Of a stretch of DNA of 64,000 nucleotides, positions 24,701-62,400 are shown in pieces. The first letter of the stretch is position 1, and the number at the start of each line of letters is the position of its first letter. The notes under the pieces were generated by a model. The model saw nothing but the letters and a program-made list of their open reading frames with translations, was not told the DNA's origin and did no database searches. Both the position numbers and the translations under genes were made by a program. The stretch lies in assembly GCF_018350175.1 (NCBI RefSeq), contig NC_058368.1, positions 20,090,001-20,154,000 on the forward strand, read 5' to 3'. The stretch comes from Felis catus. Its lineage: Eukaryota.

Positions 24701-27700
24701 GGCAAGATGAGAGATGAAAGATAGGTTGAGGCCAGATCACGGAGGGCCTTGGAGGCCATTGTAAAGATTCCAGACTTTAAGGACAATGAGAATCTTTGAA
24801 AGGTTTGAGAAGCTAGTGACCTCATCTGGTTAGCATTTTATAAAGACCAAGCTGACTGTCCTGTGCAGAGTACTATTAGGGAAGAACAAGAATGGATGTA
24901 GGGGAACTCTTAATAAATTAATGGAATCATTAATTATAGGTAGTGATCATTTGTGGCTTATAACTGGAGAGAACCAAATATTATATAACTCCTGAAGGGT
25001 TTATACAGTATCACTTCTGAAATACTCTTGCCAAAAAACAAAAAAGAAAGAAATCGAACCTTAACCTGATCAAGCCTCTAGATCTAACTACCAATTTATA
25101 GGAAATACAAGGATAGGGAAACATATTAAATGACAAAATAGGGAGACAATTAGCATAATCCAGATGGTGGGACACTGTAAGACAAAGAATATGGGATATG
25201 TGTATCTCCAGAAAAAATGCATAGAAAAAAAGAGAAGTACAGAAGGATTTTATAGATTAAAAGGTAGTTAAATGACCTATAAACCAATGACAGTGTGCAG
25301 GCCTGATTTGAACCCTGAATCAAACAAAATCAAACTTCCCTCCATAGACAGAAAATATATAAAGTAATTAGAGATTGTGAACACTGATAGGATATTTGAT
25401 GTCATTAAATAATTATTAGATGCACAGAAAGCAGTTAAGGAACCCAGGGAAGAGCTAATGACCTGCTAGTGGAGTTGTGAGAAGAACATGTATTTGAGAA
25501 ATACTTGGACACATCAGTAAAGACTTGATGACGACTGGCTGGATGTTGGAGTCAGGGCAAGAGAGGAGTTGAGAGATGCTTGGTAGGTGAGGGTAACGGG
25601 GTGGAGTAGAAGAGCAGATGATGAGTGATTTTAGAGGTGCCTATTAAGTTAGCCACATGGAGATCCTAAGGTAGAAGATGGATATTTTAGTTTAGAACTA
25701 AAGAAGAGACTGGGATAAAGAGGGAGGTGCAGGAGGCAGTCTTAGCCCCAATTGAAGTGAATTAAATCACACCAAAGAAAACAATGAGAAGAAAAAGCCT
25801 AGAACAGAACTTTGAAAGTGCTAAAGTTAAGGAGAGAAATGAGTTTCAGGAAAGATTGAGAAAGAAGAATCCAAGAAATAGGAGATGAGAAGAATTTGGT
25901 GTCGTGAGAGCTAAAGGGAAAGAGAATTGAGTGGTTGGTGGTTTCAAATGCTTCTTAAACAGGTCAGTCAAAAGGATTAGAAAAGTTCTATTGGTCTTTG
26001 GCTCCCTTAGCAAGAGCAGTTTTGCTCCCACAAAATCACTGGGAAAGCAGACAGGAGTGGTCCAGAGCCCAGAAGAAAGAATGCTACTTCCAGTGAAGCA
26101 GAAAGGGTATGGGCACAAGTTGAACAGTGGCAAGTAGAGGAAGTTCCTGTTTCACAGCTCTGCTTTCCTTTCCTCTGTGAAGTGAGAGGTGATGTATGCT
26201 CCTGAGTGGGAGGCAGGGATTGGGAAAGTCCGAGATGTTAAGAGAGCGGAGAAGGTTAGAATGATCTTTTGTGGGAGAGGGAGGAAATGTTGTAATAAGA
26301 TTGCTGGGTCCTGTTTCTCCACTAGTGCTCATCATTCCAAATGCACATCTAGAGCAAGCAGATAGAGTCGGCAGATTTGGGGTTTTGCCTGGCAGGGAGG
26401 ACAATAGAATGAGAGAATTGAGGACATTGGTAAAAAGTAATGCATATGGGATATAAGTTGGATAGACAAGAAAGAGGAATCTAGAAGGTAGGATCTGCTC
26501 ATTGGGAGGGAGAAAGTGGAGGAGATGCTGAAGTAAGAGTCTGGCTGAGTTACAGAGCCAACAGCAGGAGTCCTGCAAAGATAAGGGTTATGCTCCTCTG
26601 CCCGTGAATTTGTGTTTGATTTGAGAGCCAAACAAGGTGAGACATTAAAGAATTGAGGCCATGTTCTTGGCAGGTGATCTGCTTAGACACTGAAGTCCCA
26701 TACAACAGTAATTCTTAAACTTTAATGTGTCATTGCATCACCAGGGGATCTAGTTAAACTGCAGATTCTGAATTCATTGTTTAGGGCAGGGCTCAAGGTG
26801 AACATTTCTAGCCAGCTTTCTGATGGTGCTAACACTGCTTGTATTAGACCACATTTTGAGAAGTAATGATCTAGGATAATGCCCAAGGGACATCAGGGTG
26901 GGAGGAAGACTGCGAGCCAGGTATGACCAGAGAGGTGTGCCTTAGAGATCAATAAAGACAGTGATAGGAGAGAGAGGATGAGTGTAGTGGCCTCTACTTT
27001 CTCCCTCCCATTTATCAGAGCAAGAGTGTTATACGAGTGCAGGGAGAAAGTAACTTGAAGTGGCACTGGAAGGTGAAGGAATCGGTGACTGTACCTCCTT
27101 ATTTTAAGTCCATGGGGAGTGTTTGAGAGAAAGCAGTTTCTAACTCCAAGTCTGAAAAGAAGAGCAGTTTCTTTGTCAGAGAGCTGCGTTTCAGTTAAAG
27201 CGGGAGTCGTTACAGAGAAAATTTAGGAAAATTTGCAAATCATGGACGGGGATTTAGGAGGGAGTCAGAAGTTTGAGGGCTTTTTGTGGGCATGAGTTTA
27301 CCTTTGGACGATAAATGAAGGAAGTAGAGATGACTTCAGCGGGTGTCCTGGAGGTTTGGTGAGCAGTCAGGGAACTTACAATTCAGCTGCTTTCTGTGGG
27401 GGGCAAGTGTTTGCAAGCTTTTTTAAGTCCAGTAATCTGATGAACTGCAGTAGGCACCAGGCTGTGGGCACTGTTCTGCATTGCTCAACTAAAGACTGGA
27501 TGAGTGGTTACAAGAAAAGAGTGTACTGTAAAGTGACCTGTCTGACAGTGGGTTCCCAGCAGAATATTGAACACTTTGGACTCCCTGTGTTTACTTTTGC
27601 CTCTAAATGATAGTAGACTGTATAAGGCAGAGGTAAGTTGGAATGAGTTAGGACTCTCTAAGGAAAGGGTAACCCTGATAATCTTGGTCATATATGTTCC

Positions 27701-30700
27701 CCTAAAGCATTAGAAATTTGCTTGTTCAATAAAATTGCCATAGAATAAAGCAGAGAACTAAAAGTTGTGTGAAATTGGCTTTTATTTTTTTTCCTAAGGG
27801 CAAAAATTTTACAGATTTTGTAAATACTGTAAATGTTTCACATTGAAACCCACCATCTCTTTGGCAAATCTTAAGAACCATATCATATTATTTGTTAATT
27901 TGCATCCATCAAGGAGATTAGTTGTGATTTGCTGTAATATTATTTGTAGCTTTTTTCTTACTGTGTGCTTTGAAGTTGGCTCATGTCAATTTTTTCTTCT
28001 TATCTTTGTTTTTAGTTTCGGAAGCCACTAATGATTCGACAATAGATGATGTGGTTGAAAATCATGTTGCAGACCAACTTTCATCAGATATTACACCAAA
28101 TGCTATGGATACTGAATTTTCAACTTCTTCTCCAGCCAGTTTACTGGAACGACCAACCAATCATACAGAGGCGCTTGGTCATGACCATTTAGGAACTAAT
28201 GACCTCACTGTTGGTGGATATTTAGAAAATCACGAGGAGCCAAGAGATAAAGAACAATGTCCTGAAGAGAATATACCAGCATCTTCACTCAACAAAGGAA
28301 AGAAATTGATGCATTGCAGAAGCCATGAAGAGGTCAACACTGAACTAAAAGCACAAATAATGAAAGAGATCCGAAAGCCAGGAAGAAGTATGTATAATTA
28401 GAGGCAAACCCCATATTTGATATCTGTGTGGGCTCAAAAAAAAAAAAAATTTAGAAGCATATACCTGATTCTAGATCAGTTTTGAACAACATTTGAGCTA
28501 AGATTTGATCTTTATTCAGCCTACAAACACTAAATGTCTGTTATATCCAAAGTAGTATAGTGTAGATATGGTAAGCAGGAGGGACTGAGAGCAGAGCTTG
28601 AAGAACACACAGACAAATTACACATAGTTCCTACTATGACAGGAACCCGTAGTCTTGAGTATTCTTCTAAACAGCAACTGGAATTTAATGTAGCAGCAAA
28701 CCCCCAAAAGTGTAGCGAATATTAAATAGTTTCATCTCTGTAGAGTTCCTGACATAGTGTCTACCACTGTGTTTAAGGGTTAAACTATGATGGTGAGCAG
28801 GGATGTGTTTAGGCCAAAACCCTAAAGTTATAAAAGCAATCTATGAAATGAATATAAAAGAACTTTGGCATAAAATTTCAGTATTATGACATCCATTCAA
28901 AGATGTTGACAGATTGACGGACGATGTGCTTTAATGGAACACCCATGGGTGGTTCAAAAGTGGGTAAGACAGCCCTTGGCATTTAGGAGTTTATAGCCCT
29001 TGGCAGAATTTTAGGTGAAAACTTGAAACTGAACTAGCACTCTGAACCATTTTTTCTGTCTCCGTATGCCCCTCCCCATCTCGTTAACTGGAGTTGAGAA
29101 TTTAAATTATAAGTATGCAATTTTATAAAGGCTACTTGCTGCTGCTTTTTCAGTGGCCAGTACCAAAAGCTAGTCACGTACTTTCTAAGCTTTATGTTTG
29201 ATATCTTAATGGGAACTTTTACCAAAACTTCTGTGTTTACCAAGTTATTTTATCTTGATTGATATATGATGAAATATGTGTATTAATGAGTGGTAGAATA
29301 TTTTGGTTTGGTTTAGCATATCTTGATACCATAAACTGCAGTAGAAAAATATTGAATAAGAGTGCATAGAAAAGCCACTAATTTTTTTTCTTTGCCTCTC
29401 TTGTTTTAAGAATATGAAAGAATCTTCACTTTACTGAAGCATGTGCAAGGCAGTTTACAAACAAGACTAATATTTTTGCAAAATGTCATTAAAGAAGCAT
29501 CAAGGTAAATAATCTGTTGTACATTATGAAATGATTATGAAATGAGTCCCCAGTTTACAATCAGTGTTGTAACAGTTGTGACTGTTATAACAGTATCTGT
29601 ACTTGTTGTGTTATGCATGCATATGACACAGCCATGTGTGTCCTCCTCCTCCTCCTCCTCCTCCTCCTCTGTTTTAGTTTATTGAAAGAAATTCACTTAA
29701 AAAATAGCCACACACAAATTCTTCACCAATTATGGACCTTTTCTCCCTGTAGATTATAGATACTTGCATAATTCTCATTGATCCTACTCTGTGCCTTTTT
29801 GGGGTCTTCATATTTTATAGCCTTCAGCTTTTCTCCTTTATATATTTGGACTACAGTTGATATTAATCAGTGATTAGAAATAACCTTGGAAGACAGTATT
29901 TGAATGCTGTTCATTTGTACGTGGGAAAACATGTAATTAAGGGGAGCAGAGTTGGACAAATGGGCCTTATTCTGATTGCTTCAGTAGCCCAGGATTATGT
30001 ACTTTAATACAAGGAATGTGAATCAAGATTATACATGGTAACTATGAAGTGCAGTTAACTGGAAAGCATAGTTGTATGAGTAGTGAGTACACAAAACATT
30101 TTTCCTTGAAGACTTCTTTAGTATTATATGAAAACTTAGGGTTATGTCCTCTGACCTTTCAAATATACACAGCCTTTAAAAGTCCCCCAGTTTCTTCCAT
30201 GCTATTCTTAAAGGCATTTTTAGATAGAGCAGTTACTTGGTTTTGTTTGTTTGTTTGGGTTTTTTTTGGAGTAGCTAGAGCATACACCACTTTGAGGGTT
30301 CAAAATAAGGCAGTAACTTTTCATGTTACTTATTTTGAGTATTTATTCTTTATGTAACATTCTGTCAGCTCAAACTTCATCATGGATTTAGCTATATTCC
30401 TGGTGGCCTGCACTCTCTACTTCTAACACCTTTTAGAGAGTTGTGTAATATTATGGTGGCTATTCATATTAATTTACAAGTAGAGAGGAAGTGGATATAG
30501 ATTGGACAGTGTTTTTGGATATTCTAAAAAGCATCAGCAGTATTAATAACTTATGTAGACGAATGCAATTTTAGTCTACCATATTAGTGAAGAAAATTTT
30601 AAATTGCCACTTGAACTTTCAATGTTTGCTATATTATCCTATACTGCAGATGTCTAATTATCCTTGATTTGTTAGCTTTCAAACTGTAATAGTAGAACAC

Positions 30701-30977
30701 CAGGGTTTTTAAACGTTACTATCCAACTGTCATTTCTTCTTCCCTTTTGTGGGGATTATATTCATACTTTGTTCACATTCTTTCAACATACAACTTTTAA
30801 AGAGCATAGGAAGTACGGGCACTTGGGTGGCTCAGTCAGTTAAGCGTCCGACTTCAGCTCAGGTCCTGATCTCACGGTTCGTGAGTTCGAGCCCTGCGTC
30901 GGGCTCTGTGCTGACAGAGCCTGGAACCTGCTTCGGATTCTGTGTCTCTCCCTCTGTCTCTGCCTCTCCCCAGCTTG

Positions 30978-31035
<58 letters not shown>

Positions 31036-31514
31036 AATAAACAAACATTAAAAAAAAAAAATTAAAGAGCATAAGAAGCTATTGGAATCATTGCTTTAGG
31101 AGTCCAGATTTTGTTGGAATATTTGTAACCCTTGTAAATGTTAGGGTTTTTTTTCTTTTTGGTTGTGGAACAAATATCTGACTTCCATTGTACCTGGGCC
31201 TGGATTATTTGTTTTAGGAACAAACTGCAATTCTGCACTGATAAAATAATTTGCTTATTATCTTCCAGTGGATTTTATATACCATAAAGTTGTTGTTTTT
31301 CATTTTCATTTTACTTTGAAAAATCTTCCCAAGGCAGTTTCTGTCTTTAAAAAAAGCATTATACTGATCTATATCCATTAAAAAGAAATTGAGAGTGCTA
31401 TCACTTATTTTTTTATACAGGTTTAAAAAGCGAATGCTAATAGAACAACTGGAGAACTTCTTGGATGAAATTCATCGACGAGCCAATCAGATCAACCATA
31501 TTAATAGCAATTAA
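526..31514 (+). CDS. INTS6: INTS6 (Integrator complex subunit 6, DDX26/DICE1), 5'-partial: join(526..709,6576..6701,8101..8255,13427..13579,13722..13854,14981..15075,17219..17329,18333..18548,22199..22325,23391..23533,23737..23968,28016..28387,29411..29504,31421..31514)
   Basis: 14 AG/GT-bounded exons join in frame to 2235 nt (744 aa + TAA), from [26 protein letters not shown] to [11 protein letters not shown]. This matches recalled mammalian INTS6 from about residue 144 to the C-terminus. Confidence 0.97.
1899..1971. repeat. (TATC)n followed by (GATA)n microsatellite
   Basis: Direct reading. Confidence 0.85.
3154..3384 (-). mobile_element. Can-SINE (SINEC_Fc-like, tRNA-derived)
   Basis: Reverse complement gives head GGGGCACCTGGGTGGCTCAG, B-box GTTCGAGCCC, (CT)n and A tail; flanks share aacatttattt. 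Confidence 0.93.
3532..3640 (-). mobile_element. Short L1 3'-end fragment
   Basis: tttattgaggta...attagtttcaggtat...catagtgatttgata-like L1 3' UTR terminus. Confidence 0.7.
5075..5265 (+). mobile_element. MIR SINE
   Basis: aacctctctgtactttagttttctcacttataaaatg...gttgtggttaggattaaat core. Confidence 0.75.
5570..5866. mobile_element. hAT-Charlie relic (MER3/MER33-like)
   Basis: tacatctaaatttggactagtcatatttcaagttctcagtagccatatgtggct resembles recalled MER3/MER33. Confidence 0.65.
6576..6701 (+). CDS. INTS6: INTS6 exon 6 (126 nt)
   Basis: ctcag|GCCGT ... GAAG|gtatt; [41 protein letters not shown]. Confidence 0.96.
8101..8255 (+). CDS. INTS6: INTS6 exon 7 (155 nt)
   Basis: ctacag|ATGGG ... ACTA|gtaagt; [52 protein letters not shown]. 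Confidence 0.96.
8306..8536 (-). mobile_element. Can-SINE
   Basis: SINE body; TSD ttaactgct at 8296-8304 and 8537-8545. Confidence 0.92.
9303..9926 (-). mobile_element. 5'-truncated carnivore L1 (ORF2 end + 3' UTR)
   Basis: L1 sequence; perfect 16-bp TSD tgaaacctttatactt at 9287-9302 and 9927-9942. Confidence 0.92.
10909..11359 (-). mobile_element. Two nested Can-SINEs (inner ~10936-11182 inside the tail of the outer)
   Basis: Two SINE bodies in tandem; outer TSD ctggttctgaatt at 10896-10908 and 11360-11372. Confidence 0.88.
11373..11512 (+). mobile_element. MIR SINE
   Basis: tctctaagcctcaatttcctgtctgttaaatggagataatagctcctatctcatgggattgtt. Confidence 0.8.
13427..13579 (+). CDS. INTS6: INTS6 exon 8 (153 nt)
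   Basis: ctctag|CCACCT ... GGCAG|gtgagc; [51 protein letters not shown]. Confidence 0.96.
13722..13854 (+). CDS. INTS6: INTS6 exon 9 (133 nt)
   Basis: taacag|GTATAT ... CTAG|gtaagt; [44 protein letters not shown]; follows a 142-nt intron. Confidence 0.96.
14270..14468 (-). mobile_element. Can-SINE
   Basis: gatcatgacctgagccaaaattaagagtcggacgctcaactgactgagccatccaggc. Confidence 0.9.
14981..15075 (+). CDS. INTS6: INTS6 exon 10 (95 nt)
   Basis: ttatag|ATGAC ... TGGG|gtaaga; [32 protein letters not shown]. Confidence 0.96.
15290..15510 (-). mobile_element. MIR SINE
   Basis: atttcatagatgaggaaactaagg...aagtaatttgtccaagg. Confidence 0.75.
15657..16017 (+). mobile_element. Tc1/mariner non-autonomous element (Tigger2a/MER28-like)
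   Basis: TA|CAGTTGACCCTTGAACAAC 5' TIR; degenerate 3' TIR gttgctcagtggccacctg|TA; TA target duplication. Confidence 0.85.
16660..16870 (-). mobile_element. MIR SINE
   Basis: catttaatcccatggcaaccctatgaagtag...cagggtcacaaagctagtgaatgg. Confidence 0.7.
17219..17329 (+). CDS. INTS6: INTS6 exon 11 (111 nt, phase 0-0)
   Basis: ctatag|CCTTTG ... ACAG|gtaatg; [37 protein letters not shown]. Confidence 0.96.
18333..18548 (+). CDS. INTS6: INTS6 exon 12 (216 nt)
   Basis: ctttag|GCCAAA ... TAAG|gtaata; [15 protein letters not shown]...[12 protein letters not shown]. Confidence 0.96.
18792..18988 (-). mobile_element. Can-SINE
   Basis: T-run, (GA)n, ...ctgagccacccaggtgtcccc. Confidence 0.9.
19016..19110 (+). 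mobile_element. Short Can-SINE (tRNA head + A tail)
   Basis: ggggcatctagctggctcagacagtagagc...gagtttgagcccc...ttacttaaaaaaaa. Confidence 0.8.
19264..19395 (+). mobile_element. Short Can-SINE
   Basis: gggatgcctgggtggctcag...ctcaggtcttgatctcaaggtcatgagttgaagcccc...tactttaaaaaaa. Confidence 0.85.
19721..20029 (+). mobile_element. Carnivore L1 3' UTR fragment nested in old L1
   Basis: TSD aga(c/a)atagtgctgg at 19707-19720 and 20030-20043; A-rich tail. Confidence 0.88.
20265..21074 (+). mobile_element. Young felid L1 (L1_Fc-like) 3' end with 3'-transduced flank
   Basis: Open ORF2 C-terminus 20387-20767 (...[30 protein letters not shown]); G-rich 3' UTR; AATAAA 20964; TSD aatttaaactttt at 20252-20264 and 21075-21087. 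Confidence 0.92.
22199..22325 (+). CDS. INTS6: INTS6 exon 13 (127 nt)
   Basis: caatag|GATTTG ... GAAG|gttgga; [42 protein letters not shown]. Confidence 0.96.
22785..22982 (-). mobile_element. Can-SINE
   Basis: gagatcatgacctgcgccgaaatcaagagtcggacgcttaaccaactaagcc. Confidence 0.9.
23391..23533 (+). CDS. INTS6: INTS6 exon 14 (143 nt)
   Basis: gaaaag|ATCAA ... AAAG|gtaagc; [48 protein letters not shown]. Confidence 0.96.
23737..23968 (+). CDS. INTS6: INTS6 exon 15 (232 nt)
   Basis: ttacag|GGTATG ... AAAA|gtaaga; [23 protein letters not shown]...PKRRR...PLPLHK. Confidence 0.96.
24275..27480 (-). mobile_element. Long degraded L2 LINE, interrupted by an old L1 3' fragment (~24990-25400) and MER5A
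   Basis: L2 terminus-like aactaattattaaatacatatgctatgg...gtgctaggcattgagg, plus ggccagatcacggagggcctt-type purine-rich motifs; limits approximate. Confidence 0.5.
26706..26868. mobile_element. MER5A-like hAT-Charlie element
   Basis: cagtaattcttaaactttaatgtg...gcagattctgaattc...gaccacattttgag. Confidence 0.75.
28016..28387 (+). CDS. INTS6: INTS6 exon 16 (372 nt)
   Basis: ttttag|TTTCG ... AGAA|gtatgt; [12 protein letters not shown]...[17 protein letters not shown]. Confidence 0.95.
29411..29504 (+). CDS. INTS6: INTS6 exon 17 (94 nt)
   Basis: tttaag|AATATG ... CAAG|gtaaat; [31 protein letters not shown]. Confidence 0.96.
29641..29667 (+). repeat. (TCC)9 microsatellite
   Basis: Direct reading. 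Confidence 0.95.
30817..31061 (+). mobile_element. Can-SINE with (TC)25 microsatellite (30983-31032)
   Basis: Full head with A and B boxes; TSD ttaaagagcata(g/a)gaag at 30797-30813 and 31062-31078. Confidence 0.94.
31421..31514 (+). CDS. INTS6: INTS6 exon 18, coding part (stop TAA 31512-31514)
   Basis: atacag|[38 protein letters not shown]. Confidence 0.96.
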
Positions 31515-32027
31515 AAGAAAACAGAATGTGGCCACTTATTTCACTGTCTTCTCCAAATACAAAGTAAATACAAGACTGTTGTGATCTTGAATTCATTTTT
31601 TGACATGCATTGTTGGCTATTTGAAATACTAAGAGCAAGTCTACAGATCCTTTTTCCATCATTTTACAGTGACCTTTTCTTCATTTTGGTTTATTTTTGT
31701 AATGTGAAAAATATCACTCTAAAACACATTTTTATTTAACAAACTAAAAATATTCCTCCAAATCTCTTGCTTGTCATTGACTCTTGCGTGTCAATTTCCC
31801 TCAGGTTCTATTTTCTTAAACCAACCTTTAAAATTGTCACCTCTGTTAAGGTTGAACTTTGCCAAAAAAAAAAATAATAAAAAGTTACTTTGTAATTTTT
31901 GGGGAAAAAAGCACATACATTAAAACTAGGTAATGTTTTGTATATACAGTTATTTTGGATATATTATTGTAAGTTGTACAAATGTATTTTGAAGAATATT
32001 TAAGAAAAGCACTTTTGTTATTCCATC

Positions 32028-32033
32028 AATAAA
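32028..32033 (+). terminator. Probable proximal INTS6 polyadenylation signal (AATAAA)
   Basis: AATAAA about 515 nt after the stop, with U-rich/UGUA elements upstream and a U/GU-rich tract (ttttactcttgtgtggttt) downstream. Another AATAAA sits in an A-run at 31876. Confidence 0.65.
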
Positions 32034-33037
32034 TGCTCTATTTTACTCTTGTGTGGTTTAGGAAATAATCACATTTAAAGTAATCATTTAAAACCATCTT
32101 AAGGATAATGGAATTTTAAAGGCCTTGCTTTTTAAGCATTGGACAAATACACCACTTGAAGTTCATATTTGTTAAAGCTAACTGTAATTATCTGTTACAT
32201 AATCTGCATTGTCTTTTTACTCTATGTTCTTAGATTTTGTTGGCTACACCAACATACTCCCATTTCTGCCTAGATAATAGAAAAGATGAGATCTGTGGCA
32301 AATAGGCAGACACTTTAAAAGCTGTTTAAAACGCAGACATCTTTGACATTATTGGTTTCCTTACTCCCCTTCAACGTCTTTTTCCGTTCTCACTAGGATT
32401 ATGGGTGGCACTAAGTTGAAGCTGCCAGTTAGGGAGGTGTAAGTTTGGGGCACACCACATAGTCTGAAATGGCCAGTCTTTAGCAGCTTGATGCCATGCT
32501 TACAGAAGTCCCACAACAAATTGGGAGTTCAAAGGGGATCTCTTTGTTTTCCTCTGCTGTTCTTACACTTAAACTCTTCATTTTGTTTAGAAGCTAAATG
32601 GAAAGGAAACATTTAAGATGACTTTGCTCATTTTGTATTCCCCCTGAAATACCCAGGATAAGGAAAAACCAACACTAGTCATTGTCCACTCTCAGTCCAA
32701 CACGACCTCAGATGACTTCACTGAGGACGTTGACCCTGTGACCAGACTCCTCACTCACCTTTCATAGATCACTGCTGTGCCTTGTAGTGCTTTTGGGGTA
32801 ACCAGTAGAAAAGAAGGTTAAAATACATTTAGATTAACAGAGGGCAAAATAAATTTATAAAATTATAGTAAAATTGATGGAATTTTAGTTTCATAATATT
32901 TGAAAATCACATACCCTTATCTTTTTACACTTTCGCGGAACATTTTTAAAATTTCAGGGGTATAGCAGAATGCAATTGTAACTTTTTATGAAGAAAAGCA
33001 TAGTTGACAGTGGAGAACATGCTTGAGATCTCTTAAT

Positions 33038-59421
<26,384 letters not shown>

Positions 59422-62400
59422 TTACAGCCAATTTGGATAAATCAGAACTCAATTGCTCAGGAATTATCCCGAATCATAGATTAAGAGCTGAGAGGTGGGG
59501 GGAAGCCATGCAAGATCAGAAAGAAATCAGGCTGTGATGAAGTCAAATAGAAAAATACCACCAGTATCCCAGAGGCTATTCCTCCTTAACTTCTTAAGAC
59601 AGACATGTTGAGGGCACTAGAATACAGAGAGCCGGCAAAACTGCGGATCTGGTGTGCAGAGTGAGGGGGCTTCAAATGTTTAAGAAGTCAATCAATTTAT
59701 GGGGAATGTCATAAATAACAATGACAGACCAATTGTCACTGTATCTTGTTCAGGGCCTTAGATCCGTTCCCACAACTGCATGTCATAAGCCTGAGGGACA
59801 TTCAGATGTGGCCTCTTTCAGAACTATGCTATCGATTCGAGGAACACAGAGGAAAGGTAAGAGCGCCTCCCATCCCCCTGCTCCCTAAGACCCAGCGGAC
59901 AGCTTGTGCTATTCATGTCACCAAGAACCTAGAAGAATGTTGAGGAAGTAATAAACATCTGAGAGAGTCAATAGTTTCCACCTTCTTGGGGCGGGGGTTG
60001 GCTGGACTTATATTTACTACTTACACAGGAGATTTCTTCCTTCTCTCCATAATCAATAGTGGATTTCTTTTTCAAGATAGTATTTACAATCTGTGGCTTT
60101 TATTCTCCCCTAGGAGGAAATCTGGAGCTGGAGCAGGGCCTCTCGCCCACTGGTGAGTCAGGGCACAGCTGAGCATCCCAAGCTTCTCTCTCCTGACAAT
60201 GGAAGCTGGGCATTTCCAGCAGTCAGGTCCCCTTCCTGTGCAGGCTGCCTCTGGATCATGGCCCTTCCCTGCTCCTCCTTGTCTCTCCTTCCTCTTAGGC
60301 ACAGCTCTGTGGTTATCCACAAATCTACCCCCACACTTTGTCCCTTCTTCCTGCACTGCCCTGTCCCTCGCCCCAGGGCACCTGTTGGAATGGATCTCTG
60401 ACCTGGCTTGGGGCCCGTCCACTCCAACACCCTTCATGTCTCAGAGGCCCGCTCAGGGGACAGCAGCAGAGCCCCAAGTTGCCTGGCCAAACTTCTCTGA
60501 AGGGGCACAGATGCCCCCAATACACCCTGGCCGGGGCGCCCAGCCACCGGGCTGCAGCCCACAGCTGTGGACAGATTTCACTTGCCCAGAAAACTTTCAC
60601 TACCAAAGCTGCTTGCTAGAATCCACGACTGTAAAAAACAGACTCGGGTTGTATATCTCACGATTTGCAGCCTGACTCCTTTGCTTTTATTTTAATGAGC
60701 AAAGAAATGGATGAAAATAATACTTCTTGTCAGGTTTTCCTCTACTGAGGAAGGTCATATGTATTTATAGAATCATGTCCCCGTAAAATGTTGACCATCT
60801 TGCAGGAACGAAGTGAGACGTTTCACCGGTCCATAGTGTAGCATGACCTCCTTTCTGCCCTCTCACCCAATCTGGGCCAGGGGACCAGCTGTTCTTTGAG
60901 GGATGACAGGCTACAGACTGTTCCTCCCCAGCAGCCTTGGAAAGAGGAACCTGTCACCGCTGGCTTAATTCCTCTCCCTGCCCCACCAGAGAGCGTCTTT
61001 CTTGCTGGAGGGCTGGTCAGGTAGATCTTACAAGGGTCTGGGAAGAAAGGAAGCAGAAAGAAGAAAACCCTTGGGTGCTGCACTCCATCAGCACTGTGAT
61101 GAGGGCGATGTGGAAGGTTGAGGAGAAGGTCCCTGGGATGCGCACAGAGTGGGAGGAAAGTGCTAGAAGAAGACATGATGTTTTCTCATGAATTTCTCTT
61201 GCTGCGGCTGAGCCTTCTAACTCATTTGTGAGCCCAGTGTGGAGAGCGCCTTCCTTTTGAATCAATGTGTTGAACTGAGCTTCCTGAACGTGACACTGAA
61301 TCTGACTTTGTAAAGTTCATGAATATAAAATTCTCAAACTACAAACAGCAATGCTAACGTTTTACTTGCCTCAGAATTACAAGAGGCCTAAGTTGAGGAT
61401 GATATCAGAGGGTTTGGTTGAGCTGTGGGAACAATGAGGATATCTCTGATGAAAAATAGAAAAGACAATGTCCTTATACCTTTATGCTTCTGCTCAGTGA
61501 CTTAGAGTAGGATGAAGGAATTTTGGAAAGAACATGGGATTTGGGGTCAGAGAATCTGGGACCTGACTCCTGTCTCTTCCACCTGCAGAGTCTTGCCAAA
61601 CTGTTAGCCTCTTGTCTCATTTGTAAAATTGGGGTTATTAATTAATGTATGTGGTTTCTATGAGGATCAAATGCCATAATAACCGTAAAAGTGAAATTCA
61701 TATTATCATCCAACAGAACTCTTTCCCAAGAACCAGGCTACCTTCATTTCTGAGGCCTCTGTTCCTAGCATTATTCTTATGCTTAATAGAAAGCTAGAAA
61801 GCTTAAAGTGTTCTCATCAATTTACCTAGGAAAGCACCAGAACTCCTTAGAAGTTGGAACATCGGGAAATTGTGTCTTGTGCGGTGAAAGCAAAGGCGAT
61901 CCTTGTAGATACCCCTGGGGTCTGTTCTGAGTCTCATGCTGTGCCTGTCTGACCCGCAGGTGGGAACCCTAGCAAAGCTCCTGGTTGTCACGTATTGGCT
62001 GGAAACACAGGGAGAACAAGACAGTGCTGATGTGTCCCACTGCAGATGTGGATAGGTCTTCCTGTTGATTAAACCGGAAAGAGGCCTCAAGACCCTGGCG
62101 TTGCTTTGGATCCTGCTTTTAATACATTTTACTGGTCTGTATTGACTTTTGAAAGGAAGGCTGGACCTAGGCAGGTAGCGGGCACTGCTGGGTTGTTTTA
62201 AACAGTGCACGTGATTCTCTGAGCTATGTTGGGTCAAACCAGACTACGGGGGTACTCTCTTAACTGGAACTCTGGAAGTTGCACATCCCTGTTCATAATA
62301 ATGAGCCACGGTTCTATAAGATAACAAAGCAGTTTATGAGTAAGAAAAATGGTGGGATCATGTTCCACAGAGTTTGACTGCTAAGCAGTCCTCACATTTG

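Noticed and set aside
25846..26631. Cluster of overlapping ORFs up to 164 aa
   Set aside because: No recognisable protein or splice context; lies in purine-skewed, probably L2-derived intronic DNA.
60823..61176. ORF ending CYTMDR near a GT, as the missing SERPINE3 first coding exon (cf. GYTVHD)
   Set aside because: No upstream match to the serpin N-terminal motifs; resemblance limited to 2-3 residues.
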